Assembly: GCF_009914755.1 (NCBI RefSeq)
Contig: NC_060931.1
Direction: 5' to 3' (one strand)
DNA: 64,000 nt
Source of the DNA: the human T2T-CHM13v2.0 reference genome, Homo sapiens
The position numbers and the translations under genes are program-made. Shown in pieces: positions 13,412 to 27,942 of this stretch. The first letter of the stretch is position 1. Each line of letters begins with the position of its first letter. Below the pieces are notes generated by a model. That model worked only from the letters and a program-made list of their open reading frames with translations. It had not been told where the DNA came from and did not search any database.

Positions 13412-14810
13412 GGATCCCTTTTTGTACCAGATACAAATTATAATAAAACTAATTTGTGTGCAAAGTAGATTTTAGTCTGGTTAAATGTGGTCTAATTATT
13501 TGCATAAAGTGCAGCAAGAATAACGTTTTGCTTTTTTGATTGGCTTTGTTTGAACTTTTCATAAGGAATCTCTGATTTGAAAGGCCTCTCAAAGCTATTC
13601 AAGTCAGGGATTTATCAGATTGCCTGTGATACCTATACGAATTGTGTGAAGTTGTTTCTTCTCAAAGTCCCAAAATAACTTGAGATTTCTGGGCCTGTCA
13701 TAAAGTGACATTCTTTACTGACCACAGGTCAGGAACCTTGTAAAGCAACTGCATAGAAAAAGTGCCAGGCCAGTCTTTCCAAGAGGCTTCCTTTCGGGTC
13801 TAAAAAGTCAACCTTAATTCCTCAAAGTAATCTGGACATATCTGAAAATATGCCATTTCTCTCACAGCCTCGGTAAAATAACAAGTCTCCAATTGATTCC
13901 TGTTATAAAAGAAAACAGATTATTATTAAACTTATATAAATAATTATATTGCCATAAATTAAGAATGTTCACAAATAGTTTCTAAATTCTGAAGAAATCA
14001 GGTAGAGAGAAAGATAAATCCTTCACATTTTTGCTTATAATAGTATACTTCACTCAATTTGTTGTAAGCTATAAATAGCTCAAAAGAAAAAAGTTTTCTT
14101 GACTCTGGAAAACAGAACACAAAAAGAATTAGCAATGTTACAACCAAGGAAGTCATAAAATTATTTCAGTCCTCTATTTGTTCAGTTTTGTGTAAGTAAT
14201 TATTGTTCTGCCTGATGCTGGGTTAGCAATCCTCATAAATGCACTAGCTTTTAACTGGAGTCCTGAAAGTTTTTACCTAGTCCAATGATATGATCTCCAA
14301 AGTTATCTGAAACTTGTATTCAAGAGTACTTGTCAGAGGCCTTTCCATGAATATTCTTAAGGAAGCAAATTTTGAACTAAAATAATTAAAAGCCACTTTG
14401 TGAGAAGAATCAAAGTAAAACAATAATTATATGTGAATGACAAAAGTCTTAGAATAGCCATGGTTAAAGACTCAACTGACAAGAAAATTTGGCTATTTCT
14501 GTGGTATACAACAATTTGACATAATAATTACTAGAACATATTAAGACATCAGAATTTTAGAAATCTCATAAATTTTGGAACATATATTAATAATGCATGT
14601 CTAAAACTATAACCCAAAGAAAATTAAACACCATTTCATATTTGACAATCATTTCCATGTGATTTTAACATATCAAATAAGCCTAATGTGTCTGTGATTT
14701 CCAGGGGCTCTAATATCCAAAAAGTTAGTTTGAGGTCAAAAAGGCTGAGTTAGAATTTGAAAATTTCAATTTTGGAAAGTTTGTCAAATATCAAAGTTTT
14801 AAAACATTTG

Positions 14811-17800
14811 CCCAAGGTTGCCTGCTTCAAGATGGCCAACTAGATGCAGCCAGGAGGAATATCTGCCACCAAGGGATGAAAACATCAGGAAAACTGGCTT
14901 ACTCCTAGCAGATCTTCAGAGGGAAAGCATTGAAAGCAGATGGAGGGAAGACACAGGTGCTGAGATGAAGGGGGAGTAAGCTCAGAACCTTGCATGGGAC
15001 TATCACATACTAGGATTTGTTCCTGGCCCCCCACTAGGATTTGTTCCTGGCCCCCCACGACTCCTGTAGTGGAGTGAGTTGAACAGGCAAAGAGCAACCT
15101 GCTCTCACCATAGACCTCTCGAATCCCAGCAGGAGGAAACCCCTTGACCACTAGACATTTGAGTTGGCGGGGAGAGCTGTTCACTGAAGTGGTAGAGGCA
15201 GAACTCCAGCCAGTGTGGAGCCCAGAGGGTTTGGTGTGGAAGCGTCTGTAGTGGAGTGTGGCCAGGGACACCCATTCCCCAACGCTCCACTTGCCCCCAT
15301 ACAAGACTTTAACCCTAGGGAAACTGTCAGACCTGAAATCTGACAGGATGGTCTTGCCTATGAGACAGGGCCCATCTGACCTGAGCACCCCTTGGTCTGC
15401 TGCCCATTCCCAGGGCTCCAGCCTGGCTGTGTCTTCTTGCAGTGCAGCCCTCAGGTACCTCCTGGGGGCCTGCATCATAACTTCTATGCTGGCAGACTCT
15501 GCCTGACAGGCAGAGTGCTCCAGTAGAGTGGCCCCTATAGACACGCACCAGCCTGCCTGCACCCTCCTTCCACTGCAGCCTCCCATGTGCCACTTTGCCA
15601 GCATGTACTCACCCACAGCTATTCCTCACATTGTTTTGCCAGTGCTACGACCTTGCCTTCCCATCCCTGTCAGCACATGTGTGCACATGCATTCTGCTAT
15701 TCTATGGCTGCTGGTGTGCTTGCATCCTGCCATCCCTCCCCTGATCTGCACTGCCATCATCATTGGATCATTGTCGGACACAGAGCTTGCCAGCCCTGTC
15801 TCCACTGGCACCTAGACCCTGCTCTGACATTGCCATCAGTGTAAAACTAGGCGTGGAGAACAGTAGACCTGTCCCTGCCCTGAGTGACCACCACCACCAC
15901 CTGTGCAAATGTGTATGAAGGGCACACACAGTCCTGGGCCCCCAGTGCCCCACTCCTGTGCTAACACTACCACCAGTGTGAACCCTTATACAGTGGCTTT
16001 CAGAGGCCTCCTGGATCCCCAAACTATGATGCCACTGCCACTGCTGCAAGCACCTGCAAAGAAGCTGGCACCCTGACACTGCTAGGAACCTGCCACAGCC
16101 AAAGAGTGTGCACACCACTGTTCTGCTGCTGCTGCTAATATATGTGAAATAGAACGGATCCTGCTGCCACTGCCCTAAAAAGTGCTTTGGCTGGCACCAC
16201 TCATTGGAGTGTTGTTACCAGCAGTTCAGGAGGAACTAGGCCCCTCCTGCACAACAGGTTTCTAACCTCGAGGAGCCAGAGAACAAAACCAGGGCTTGAT
16301 GCCAGTCTCCCAGAGTTAGAGCATGCAGTCCAGAAGTCCTGGGCTGAGCCTTGGCCACCTAAAATCTTCCAGAAATGAAGCCAGTTGACTGATCTCACTT
16401 TATACCACAAACAAATCCCAAAGATCATCAAATAGGATAAAAGAAAAAAACCATCCAAAGGAAAGCAACTTCAAAAATCTAAGGAATATGAGCCCACAAA
16501 GATGAGAAAGAACTAGCATAAGAACTCTGACAACTCAAAAATCCAGAGTGTTTTATTTTCTCCAAATAATTGCACTAGTTCTCTAGCAAGGTTTCTTAAC
16601 TGGCATGAGGTGGCTGAAATGACAGGAATAGAATTCAGAATACGGATAGGAATGAAGATTTCGGAGATTTAGGAGAGTGTTTAAACCAAATCTAAGGAAG
16701 CTAAGAATCATGACAAAACGATACAGGAGCTGACAGAAAAAATAACCATTATAGAAGAGAATGTAACCGACCTGATAGAGCTGAAAAACCCACTACAAGA
16801 ATTTCAGAATGTAATTGCAAGTTTAAACAGCAGAATAGACCTAATTGAGGAAAGAATCTCAGAGTCTGAAGACTGACTTTCTGAAAGGAGGCAGTCAGAC
16901 AAAAATAAAGACAAAAGAATGAAAAGGAACAAATAAAATCTCCAAGACATATGGAATTATGTAAAGAGGCTAAATCTATTACTTGTTGGCATTCCTGAAA
17001 GATGAGGAAAGTATAAGCAACTTGGAAAACATATTTCAGGATATCATTTATGACAATGCTCCCAACCTAGCTAGAGAGGCCAATATTCAAATTAAGGAAA
17101 TGCAGAGAACCCTGAAAAATACTTCACAAGAAGATCATCTCTCAGACACATAATCTTCAGATTCTCTGAGGTTGAAATGAAAGAACAAATGTTAAAGGCA
17201 GCTAGAGAGAAAGGGCAGGTCGCCTAAAAAGGAAGCCCTTCAGACTACCTACAGAGTTCTCAGCAAAACCCTACAAGCTAGAAGAGTCTGGGGGCCTATG
17301 TTCAACATTGTTAAAGAATAGAAATTCCAACCAAGATTTTCATATCCAGTCAAACTAAGCTTCATAAACAAAGGAGAAATAAGATCTTTTTCAGAGAAGC
17401 AAATGCTGAGGGCATTCTTTACCACCAGAGCTGCCTTACAAGAGCTCCTGAATGAAGCACTAAATGTGGAAAGGAAAGATTACCAGCCTCTACAAGAAAA
17501 CACACTTAAATACACAGACTAGTGACACTATAAAGCAACTACACAAACAAGTTAGCATAACAACCAGCTAATGACACAATAACAGGATCAAATCCACATG
17601 TGTCCACATTAACCTTGAATGTAAATGGGCTAAATGCCCCACCTAAAAGGCACAGAATGGAAAGCTTGATAAAGATGCAAGACCCAATGGTATGCTGTCA
17701 TCAAGAGAGTCATCTCACATGCAATGACACACATAGGCTTAAAATAAAGAAGTGGAGAAAAATCTACTAAAAGCAAATAGAAAACAGAAAAAAGGAGGTG

Positions 17801-20010
17801 TTGCAACCCTAATTTCAGAAAAAAAGAACATTAAACTAACAAAGATTAAAAAAAGACAAAGAAGGAAATTACATAATGGTAAAGACTTCAATTCAAAAAG
17901 AAAATCTAGCTATCCTAAATATATATGCACCCAACACAGGAGCACAGAGATTCATAAAGCAAGTTCATAGAGACCTTCAAAGAGACTTCAACTCCCACAC
18001 AATAATAGTGGGAAACTTCAGTACCCCACAAACAATATTAGACAGATCACTGAGGGAGAAAATTAGCAAACATATTTAGGAACTGTACCCAACATTGGAC
18101 CAAATGAGCCTGATAGACATCTACAGAACTCTCCACAAAAACACAATTGAATATACATTCTTCTCATTACCTCATGGCACATACTCTAAAATCAATTGGA
18201 CATAAAACAATCCTCAACAAATGTAAAATAACTGAAATTATACCAACCACTCTCTTAAATTGTAGAGCAATAAAAATAGAATTCAAGACTAAGAAAATTG
18301 CTCAGAAGCATGCAACTACATGGAAATTAAACAACCTGCTCCTGAATGGCTTTTAGATAAACAATGAAATTAAGGCAGAAATCAAGAAGTTCTTTGAAAC
18401 TAATGAAAACAAAGATATAGCATGGTGGAATCTCTGGGACACAGCTAAGGTAATGTTAAAAGGGAAATTTATAGCACTAAATGCGCATATCAAAAGATAG
18501 AAAGATCTCAAATTAACAACCTAACACCACAACTAAAAGAACTAGAGAAGCAAGAGCAAACCAACCACAGTGCTAGTAGAATACAAGAAATAATCAGTGC
18601 TGAACTGAAGGAGAATGAGACATGAAAAACCATTCAAAATGTTAATGAACCCAAGAGTTGGTGTTTTGATACAATTAATAAGATAGATAGACCACTAGCT
18701 ACACTAATGAAGAAAAGAGAGAAGATTCAAATAAACACAATTAGAAACAAAAAAAGGGGATATTACTACTAAATCCTCAGAAATGCAAACAACCATCAGA
18801 AACTACTATGAACACCTCTAGGCACATAAACTAGAAAATCTAGAAGAATTGAATAAATTCCTGCACACATACGCCCTCCCAAGACAGAATCGGGAAGAAA
18901 CAGGATCCCTGAACAGACCAGTAATGAGCTCCAAAATGAAATCAGTAACAAATAGCCTGCCAACCAAGAAAAGTCCAGGACAAAATGGATTCACAACCAA
19001 ATTCTGCCACATATATAAAGAGCTGGTACCATTTCCACTGAAACTATTCCAAAAAAATTAAGGAAGAGGGATTCCTCCCCAATTCTTTCTATGAGACCAG
19101 AATCATCCTGATACCAAAAACTGGCAGAGACACTACAAAAAAAGGAAACTTCAGGCCAATATCTCTGAGGGACACTGATGCAAAAATCCTTAACAAAATA
19201 CTGGTAAGCTAAATCCAACAGCACATGAAAAAGCTAATCCACCATGGTCAAGTAGGCTTTATCCCTGGGAAGCAAGGTTGGTTCTACATACACAAATCAA
19301 TAAATGTAATTAATCGCATAAACAGAACTAAAGACAAAAACCACATGATTATCTCAATAGACACAGAAAATGCTTTTGATAAAATGCAACATTCCTTCAT
19401 GTCAAAAACTGTGAATAAACTGGGTATTGAAGGAACATTCATCAAAATAATAAGAACCATCTATGACAAACCCACAGCCAACATTATACTAAAAGGGCCA
19501 AAGCTGAAATCATTCCCCTTAAAAACCCACACAAGACAAAGATGCCATCTTTCACCAGTCTTATTCAATATAGTCCTGGAAGTCCTAGCCAGAGATCAGG
19601 CAAGAGAAAGAAATAAGATTGGATAAAGAAAATGTGTTACATATACATCATGGAATACTATACAGCCATAAAAAAGAATGAGATCATGTCCTTTGCAACA
19701 ACGTGAATGGAATTGGAGGCCATTATCCTTAGCAAACTAATGCAGGAACAGTAAACCAAACACTGCATGTTCTCACTTATAAGTGGAAGCTATACGATGA
19801 GAACACACGGACAGAGGGGAACAGTAGACATTGGGGCCTACCTTAGGGTGAAGGACGGGAGGAGGGAGAGGAGCACAAAAGATAACCAATGGGTACTAGG
19901 CTTAATACCTGGGTGATGAAATAATCTGTACAACAAACCCTCGTAACACGAATTTACCTATATAAAAAACCTGCACATGTATGCCTTAACCTAAAATAAG
20001 AGTGTTTTTA
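14811..20010 (+). mobile_element. Older primate L1 (L1PA13/L1PREC2-like) with a long 5' UTR and a ~1.6-kb internal ORF2 deletion at ~19616
   Basis: cttcaagatggccaactagatgcagc 5' end; ORF1 and ORF2 remnants; older-type 3' UTR (ggcttaatacctgggtgatgaaataatctgtacaacaaaccc). Confidence 0.85.
15009..15056 (+). repeat. Exact 24-bp tandem duplication
   Basis: actaggatttgttcctggcccccc occurs twice. Confidence 0.95.
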
Positions 20011-21232
20011 AAACCTACTTGCTAAAAATAGGATCCCACTCGTTCTTCCCCATCTTCACTCTCCATCCTCCATCAAGCCCCTCAAATCAATAAATATTCC
20101 ACTTTAAAGTATCATAAGGCTATTCCAGTCATGGCATGGTACTGCTGAATCATATGGTGACTTGCATTCAAAATGTCTGATCTGGAATCCTTATGAGGAT
20201 AGAGTTACTTTAATATCATAGGTCACTGTGATATAATAGTCATTTATTTAGCCAAAGTGATAACCAAAATATTTCAAAAAGCAAAAACCTTTACTCTTTG
20301 ATAGGGAGGAGACTCAGTTTCCTAAACAATCATAAGACCTAATAAAGGCACTGAGTATCAGAAGTAGTATGGCAGCTAGAGTTTTATGATCTTAAAACAT
20401 CCAGCAGAAAGATTATAAACCTTCCTGACCAAGACAAATGTGTCTAAATTAAATTTTGAAGACATTTCTATTTTAACAACAATTTAAAAACTATATTTAT
20501 CAAAGACTGCTAAAATCACATAAACTTGAAAAAAACTGGGCTTATTTATTTCATTTATGAGTACTCCTTTGTTTATAAGCCAATTTGATATCACAGTAAA
20601 TATATAAAAACATACTCACATGTGCACATAAAAATACAGAGAGAAGCAAAGATACCCAGCCTTGATTTTAAAACTCTAGCCATGAAACTGGCAGAACTCA
20701 CTCATCCTAAAAGACATCTGGATTAAGCTTATGTCCCTGCAAATTGAATAAGTCAATGCCCACTTGTCCCTGACAACTCAAGCCCTCACCTAACCCCAGA
20801 GGAAACAGGGTAGCAATCCACATCTCAAAGGGGTCAGGGGAGAGAGAGAAAGTCCACACTCCTTTAAGAAGGAATTTGTGTGTGTGTGGTAGAGAAAGAT
20901 CAAAAAAGGATGCCAAAACAATGCAAAATTATAGGAATTCACCATAGGATTTCACAAGGAGATCAACTTCATTAAGATAGGTAACTTTTACTGCAGTCTG
21001 TTTCTTCAACTTGACTACTGAGCCCAGGGTGGAGCCCATCAAGGAACAGGGCCAAAAAATTACTTGTAATTTGTAAACCCTAACAATTTACACAGTTGAA
21101 AAGCAGAACACCCAGACTTTTAAAATCGAGGGCTTCTACACTGAATCTCAGGTCCTCAAAAAGAGAGAAATGCCATAGGACCAGGCCATGCAATGTCTCT
21201 ATATGCTTCCTGTTATAAAGATAAGCCTCTAA

Positions 21233-22336
<1,104 letters not shown>

Positions 22337-23708
22337 GAAATCATAAACATATTCAATCCCCAAAGAAGGCAGAAATATAGGAAAAAGGAAACAAAGAACA
22401 GGTGGGACAAAACAAATAGCAAGATGATAGATTTAAACCCAACTATGTCAGTAATCACACAGCATGCAAAGGATCTAAATACTCCCATTAGAAGCAGATT
22501 TTCAGGTTGGATTAAAAAAGCAAGACACCAACTGTATCTTGCCTAAAAGAAACCCACTCTTAATATAAAAACACAAATAAGTTAAAAGTAAAAGAATGGA
22601 AATAGATACGTCATCATAACACTAATAAGAAACAGCCGAAGTGACTATATTACTGCCAAAGTTGATTTCAGAGCAAATATTACTAAAGAACATAACTTCA
22701 TAATGAGAAAGAAGTTAGTCAAAAGGACATAACAATACTCAACTATTATGCCTCTAATAACAGAGGTTCAAAATACATGTAGCAAAATTTGATAGACCTG
22801 TAGGAAGAAATAAGCAAATCCAAAATAATAGAGATTTCAACACTCCTCTCTCAAAAAAGTAGACAGAAAATTAGTTTATAGGAGACTTGATCACACTATC
22901 AACCAAATTAATCTGATTGATATTGATAGAATATTCCACTGAACAATAGCAGAATACCCATTATTTTTAAGTGCACATGAGATATTTACTAAGATAGAAC
23001 ATATTCCAGGCAACAAAAAAGTCTCAATGAATGTAGAAGCATCAAAATAATACAAAGCCTATCCCAGACAATAACAAAATTAAATTAGAAATCAGTAACA
23101 GAAATATATCTGGAAAATCCCCAAATATTTGGAAACTAAGTTACATTTTCTAAATAATCTGTGGGCCAAAAACTAGGTCAAAAGGAAAATTAGAAAGCAT
23201 TTTAAATGAGTGAAGAACACAGCATATGAAAATTTGTGGGATTCAGCTAATGCAATATTAGAAAGAGATTTATAGCTCTAAATGCTTGTAATAGAAAAAA
23301 AAGAAAAAATTTATATCAATGACATCAGTTTCCACATTAAGAAATAAGAAAAAAGAGCAAATTAAACTCAAAGTAAGCACAAGAAATAAAGATCAACATG
23401 GGAATCAGTAAAATAGAACACAGAAAAATATTTTAAAAAATGAAAAAATCCAAAGCTGTTTTGTTAAAAAGATCAATAAAATTGGCAAACTTCTATCCAG
23501 GTGTATAAGAAAAAATATGGAGAAAGTATAAAATATCAATTATTACATCACTAAAGATTCTATATAAATTAAGATCATAATAAGGGAATATCATGGAAAA
23601 CTCTAGGCCAATAAATTCAACAACTTTGATGAAATAGAGAAGTTTCTTGAAACTACCAAAGTTCACTTAAGAAGAAATACATAATCTGAACATTCCTATA
23701 TTATTAGG
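22337..23708 (+). mobile_element. Old L1M (L1MC/ME-like) inter-ORF and ORF2 endonuclease region
   Basis: Highly diverged A-rich ORF2-like sequence (tatgcctctaataacagaggttcaaaatacatg...). Confidence 0.75.
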
Positions 23709-24801
23709 TGTTGCAGGAAGTCAGGGACCCCGAATGGAGGGACCGGCTGGAGCTGCAGCAGAGGAACATAAATTTTGAAGATTTCATTTTAATATGGACA
23801 TTTATCAGTTCTCAAATAATACCTTCATAATATCTTATGCCTGTCTTTAATCTCTTAATCCTGTTATCTTCGTAAGCTGAGGATGTATGTCACCTCAGGA
23901 TCACGGTGATAATGGTGTTAACTGTACATATTGATTGTAAAACGTGTTTGAACAATATGAAATCAGTCCACCTTGAAAAAGAACAGAATAATGGCAATTT
24001 TTAGGGAACAAGGGAAGACAACCATAAGGTCTGACTGCCTGTGGGGTCAGGCAAAAAAAGCCATATTTTTCTTTTTGCAGAGAGCCTATAAATGGACATG
24101 CAAGTAGGAGACATATCACTGAATTCTTTTCCTGGCAAGGAATATTAATATTAATATTAATACCCTGGGAAAGGAATGCATTCCTGGGGGGAGGTCTATA
24201 AATGGCCGCTCTGGGAATGTCTGTCTTATGCAGTAGAGATAAGGACTAAGATACTCCCTGGTCTCCTGCAGTACCCTCAGGCTTACTAGGATGGGGAAAA
24301 ACTCTGCCCTGGTAAATCTGTGGTCAGACCAGTTCTCTGCTCTCGAACCCTGTTTTCTGTTGTTTAAGATGTTTATCAAGACAATATGTGCACCGCTGAA
24401 CATAGACCCTTATTAGTAGTTCTGCTTTTGCCCTTTGCCCTGTGATCTTTGTTGGACCCTTATCAGTAGTTCTGCTTTTGCCCTTTGTCCTGTTCCCTCA
24501 GAAGCATGTGATCTTTGTTAGACCCTTATTAGTAGTTCTGCTTTTTGCCCTTTGAAGCATGTGATCTTTGTACCTACTCCCTATTCTTGCACCCCCTCCC
24601 CTTTTTAAAACCCTTAATAAAAACTTGCTGGTTTGAGGCTCAGGGGGGCATCATTGTCCTACCAATATGTGATGTCACCCACGGCGGCCCAGCTGTAAAA
24701 TTCCTCTCTTTGTACTGTCTCTCTTTATTTCTCAGCCAGCTGACACTTAAGGAAAATAGAAAGAACCTACATTGAAATATTGGGGGTGGTTTCCCCCAAT
24801 A
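23709..24801 (+). mobile_element. MER11 solo LTR (HERV-K HML-8)
   Basis: tgttgcaggaagtcagggaccccgaatggagggacc start, ...ttcccccaata end, ~1.09 kb; three internal gacccttattagtagttctgcttttgcc repeats; TSD attagg/gttagg. Confidence 0.9.
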
Positions 24802-24807
24802 GTTAGG

Positions 24808-25345
24808 GAAACATTGTGTTCATGAAAGAAGCATTCTTTCCTTGGGAACTGAGGCCAACATAACCCAAAGCTGTGGGAAAGGGAAGCCACAATTTCACAT
24901 GGCTCATTAGGATCAATAGTGGGAAGATCCATTCTGATATCAAACATTGGTTCTGCTCTTTCTATCATAGAAGTGGATACATGCCCCCAGGTGGCCAACT
25001 GATCTCCCTGGGATATGGTGTTGGATCAAAGGCTCAGTGTTGGTCTTAGCTCTTATTAGTTTGGTCACTTAACAGTGGCTGTAGCCAGCTTGGCCTCAGA
25101 GACTGGGAGTCAAAATTGCTGCATTCATGCATAACCCCCATCCCTACCACCATGTGATGAGCCTATTAAGCAAGGACAGGTGTGGCTGGGAGAAGAGGCT
25201 GGCTGATGTGCACAGAATTGGGTATATTAATTAATATCCTTTTCTGAATTCTCTTTAATCAGTGTTAATATGAGGTACACATGTCTGTACATTTCATGCT
25301 CTTCAGAGATGTCCATCTGTATCTCTGTCCTCTGACCTCAGTCCT
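24808..25345 (-). mobile_element. ERVL-class pol (RNase H/integrase) relic
   Basis: Diverged similarity to recalled HERV-L pol reverse strand (ctgatctccctggg...gctcagtgttggtc...cagtggctgtagcc...catgcataacc). Confidence 0.6.
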
Positions 25346-25932
25346 CAAAACTGCATTACTACAGTCCATTATCATCCCTTTTGTTGGGGTCCAGCCTCAA
25401 CACTACCTGCGGGTACCCAAAGTCTGGTGGCAACAAAGGAATGAGAAAAGACAAGTTAAGATTTAAAGTAGGTCCAGGGGGCCAGTTGCTGGAGGGAAGG
25501 CTGCAAAAGGCCCAGAGCTCTGGCTGCCTGACAATTTATTGAGTACAATCTTTTGATCTAAGAAGGGGACGGTACAGGGTGAAATGGTGAAGGAGGGGTA
25601 CGTGTGTCATTCGGTTGTGAAAGATCTATAGCAGTGACGGTTACGTGAATTTCCTTTAAGCTAAAAGCATATGTCTAACTACTGAGATAATCTTTAACTT
25701 ATTGGGCTGCAGCTGGTAGGAGTTGGTTTTACAAAAAGTCAGGATGTCTGGTCACATTCCAGTGCTCAAGGAGTGTTTCAGCCATGCTCACTGGCATGGG
25801 GACACAATGGCAATAAGGAGATGTTTCTCCTCAGGGGCCCCCTATGGTATTCCATAGGTGTCCTACACAGGGGTGACTGGCTAAACTGGCACCCCATAAT
25901 CCCTTCCACCAGCACTTGCCCCCCACCTTTTT

Positions 25933-27942
25933 TTAATTAATAACTGCCATTTCTATCATGGCTTGCTTGTGGTGTCTGGCTTCTCTCCCAAGGCATCTTT
26001 TGCACCTGTAGACTAAAAATAAGCAGCATAGACAAACAGAAATTAAAGCAAAGTTTGTAGCAGTTGATTCTCCAATGGTTTTAATCCATTTCAGAGGATT
26101 CAGGTCAGAGAGCCCATCAACAGCTCCATTAAGGGCATCAGCACCAGGTAAGAGAGTTAAGTGGGCTTGAGATGCCTCAAAAACTTGTTCCTTTAATTTT
26201 CTTATGTCCAGTGTTAGATTTTCCTCTCTTCCTTCTAGATAGTGTTTAACCTTTTCCCAATGATGCACAGAGGCATTATAAGATTGAGGAGTAATACAAA
26301 AATCAGAAGTATTCCAATCACACTGTATTTGTATTCTATGTTCCAGGTTTATAATTCAATCCCCCATTCATGGTACTGTTTGATGGAGATCATTAATCTG
26401 ATTAGCTAATTTTTGATCAATTTGTTTCTGGGTATTCCAAAGCTTAGAAGAATTCTTTTGCCACTGGTTAACATAATCAGCAGTTTGAACAGAAGAATGT
26501 AAGCAACACCTGTGGCTGCTGTCGTGGCTGTTACAGCTATGGTACCCATAATAACTGCAATAAGAGTGAAAATAAACCTTTTTGTTCAATTAAGCATTCC
26601 CTTTAGTATTTCAGTGACAATATGAATGGAAAGGGAAGCTTTCCAAGGTCTATTAAGGGAAACAGGTATCCAAACTCCCTCTCAGGCTCTGACAAGCAAG
26701 ATACTATTATTCTTATCAAATGTAGAGTCAATGCAAGTGAAAAGATGACAGCCAAGACATGATATAGTTTGAAAATCAGGTAAAGTATTGATTTGTCCTA
26801 CTGCCAACATAAGAGGAGGTTTAACACAACCCTGTAATGGGACATCTGATTAGAGGACTAAGCTACAACAAATTGAAGTTTTTTACTATGGGTTTCTGTT
26901 TTATATTCTCCTTTTCAAATCCATATTGGGGTTTGAACCATCATTAATTTCTACAGTTCTGGGTGTTCTGAACCTACTATTGGATCAATCATTTTAGGGC
27001 ATGGAGGAACCATATCACTGCCTTCCCAGAAGACAGGAAAGTCGGCTTCTATTCTATACTTTTGGGTAGGTGCCTTTTCGGAATAGTCAATTGGCAAGCT
27101 GCGCTCTTGACATCCCTTGTGCTGTCCAGTACAATTTACTGCAAATTGCCCCTTAGAGGTCCAGTCAATAACGATTCCATAGGAGTTATTTTGCAGTACC
27201 ACAGCACTATTTGCAATGCAATCTTCCCAAGTCAGCACCTCAGCTTCCTTAGACCATAATGTCAATTGTTCTGGGCATTTTTTCTTTCTTGGCCTAAATT
27301 GATTAGTAAGAATATTAGCTATACGATAGGAATTTCCTGAGGATATGACTTTTGTTTTAGATTGAAAGCTCCTTCCACTAACTATATGAATAGAGGCCTC
27401 TGATCCATTATGTGCAGGGACATAAACCATCCAGCTTTGTTTGTCATAATCTAAACATCCTGCTGCAGGCCCCAGACATATAGAAGGAAAGCAATACCAA
27501 TGGACACATTTATTAACATACCTTCCTCCTCTGGATGAGTAGGGCCTTGGTTATCAGTTGGTCCAGGCATCCAAACACTATTATTAACATAAACCTCAAC
27601 TGGGGAGTCCAGCCAAGTAAGAGGTCTAATCAGTGGAGGGAATGGAATGTAATCCCAATAGGTATAATTTTGATCAGCCTCAGCTACAGGGAGACTCACT
27701 GCCAGGGTAATTACCACCATCATAGCTACCAGCAGATTGCAGGAGGTCCACGGTTTGTCCTGAGACTTCAGGTCCTCTTCTGCAAGCTGGGTCAATCTCT
27801 TAATCTGCCCCCAGGTCGGTGGAGTTGCCTGGTGAGTCTTGCTGGTCACCTTCTGCTCAGCAGAAATCTTCATTTGAGCCATCAGGCAAGTTGGGAGTGC
27901 AAAGTTCCGAGGTCTTCTCCTCTTCCTTGGATTCTGACTCAC
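25933..27942 (-). pseudogene. Betaretroviral env remnant (signal peptide, SU, TM), frameshifted
   Basis: ORFs 27451..28092 (PPTWGQIKRLTQLA...NYTYWDYIPFPPLIRP), 26951..27430, 26368..26589 and 25933..26268 ([14 protein letters not shown]...[11 protein letters not shown]) resemble HML-2 Env. Confidence 0.9.

Noticed and set aside
14885-15616. 243-aa minus-strand ORF
   Set aside because: Antisense to a GC-rich L1 5' UTR; no recognisable domain, and its internal VGGQEQIL repeat is just the 24-bp tandem duplication.
24405-24570. Spaced direct repeats resembling a CRISPR array
   Set aside because: They are internal tandem repeats of the MER11 LTR with related spacers, in eukaryotic DNA with no cas genes.
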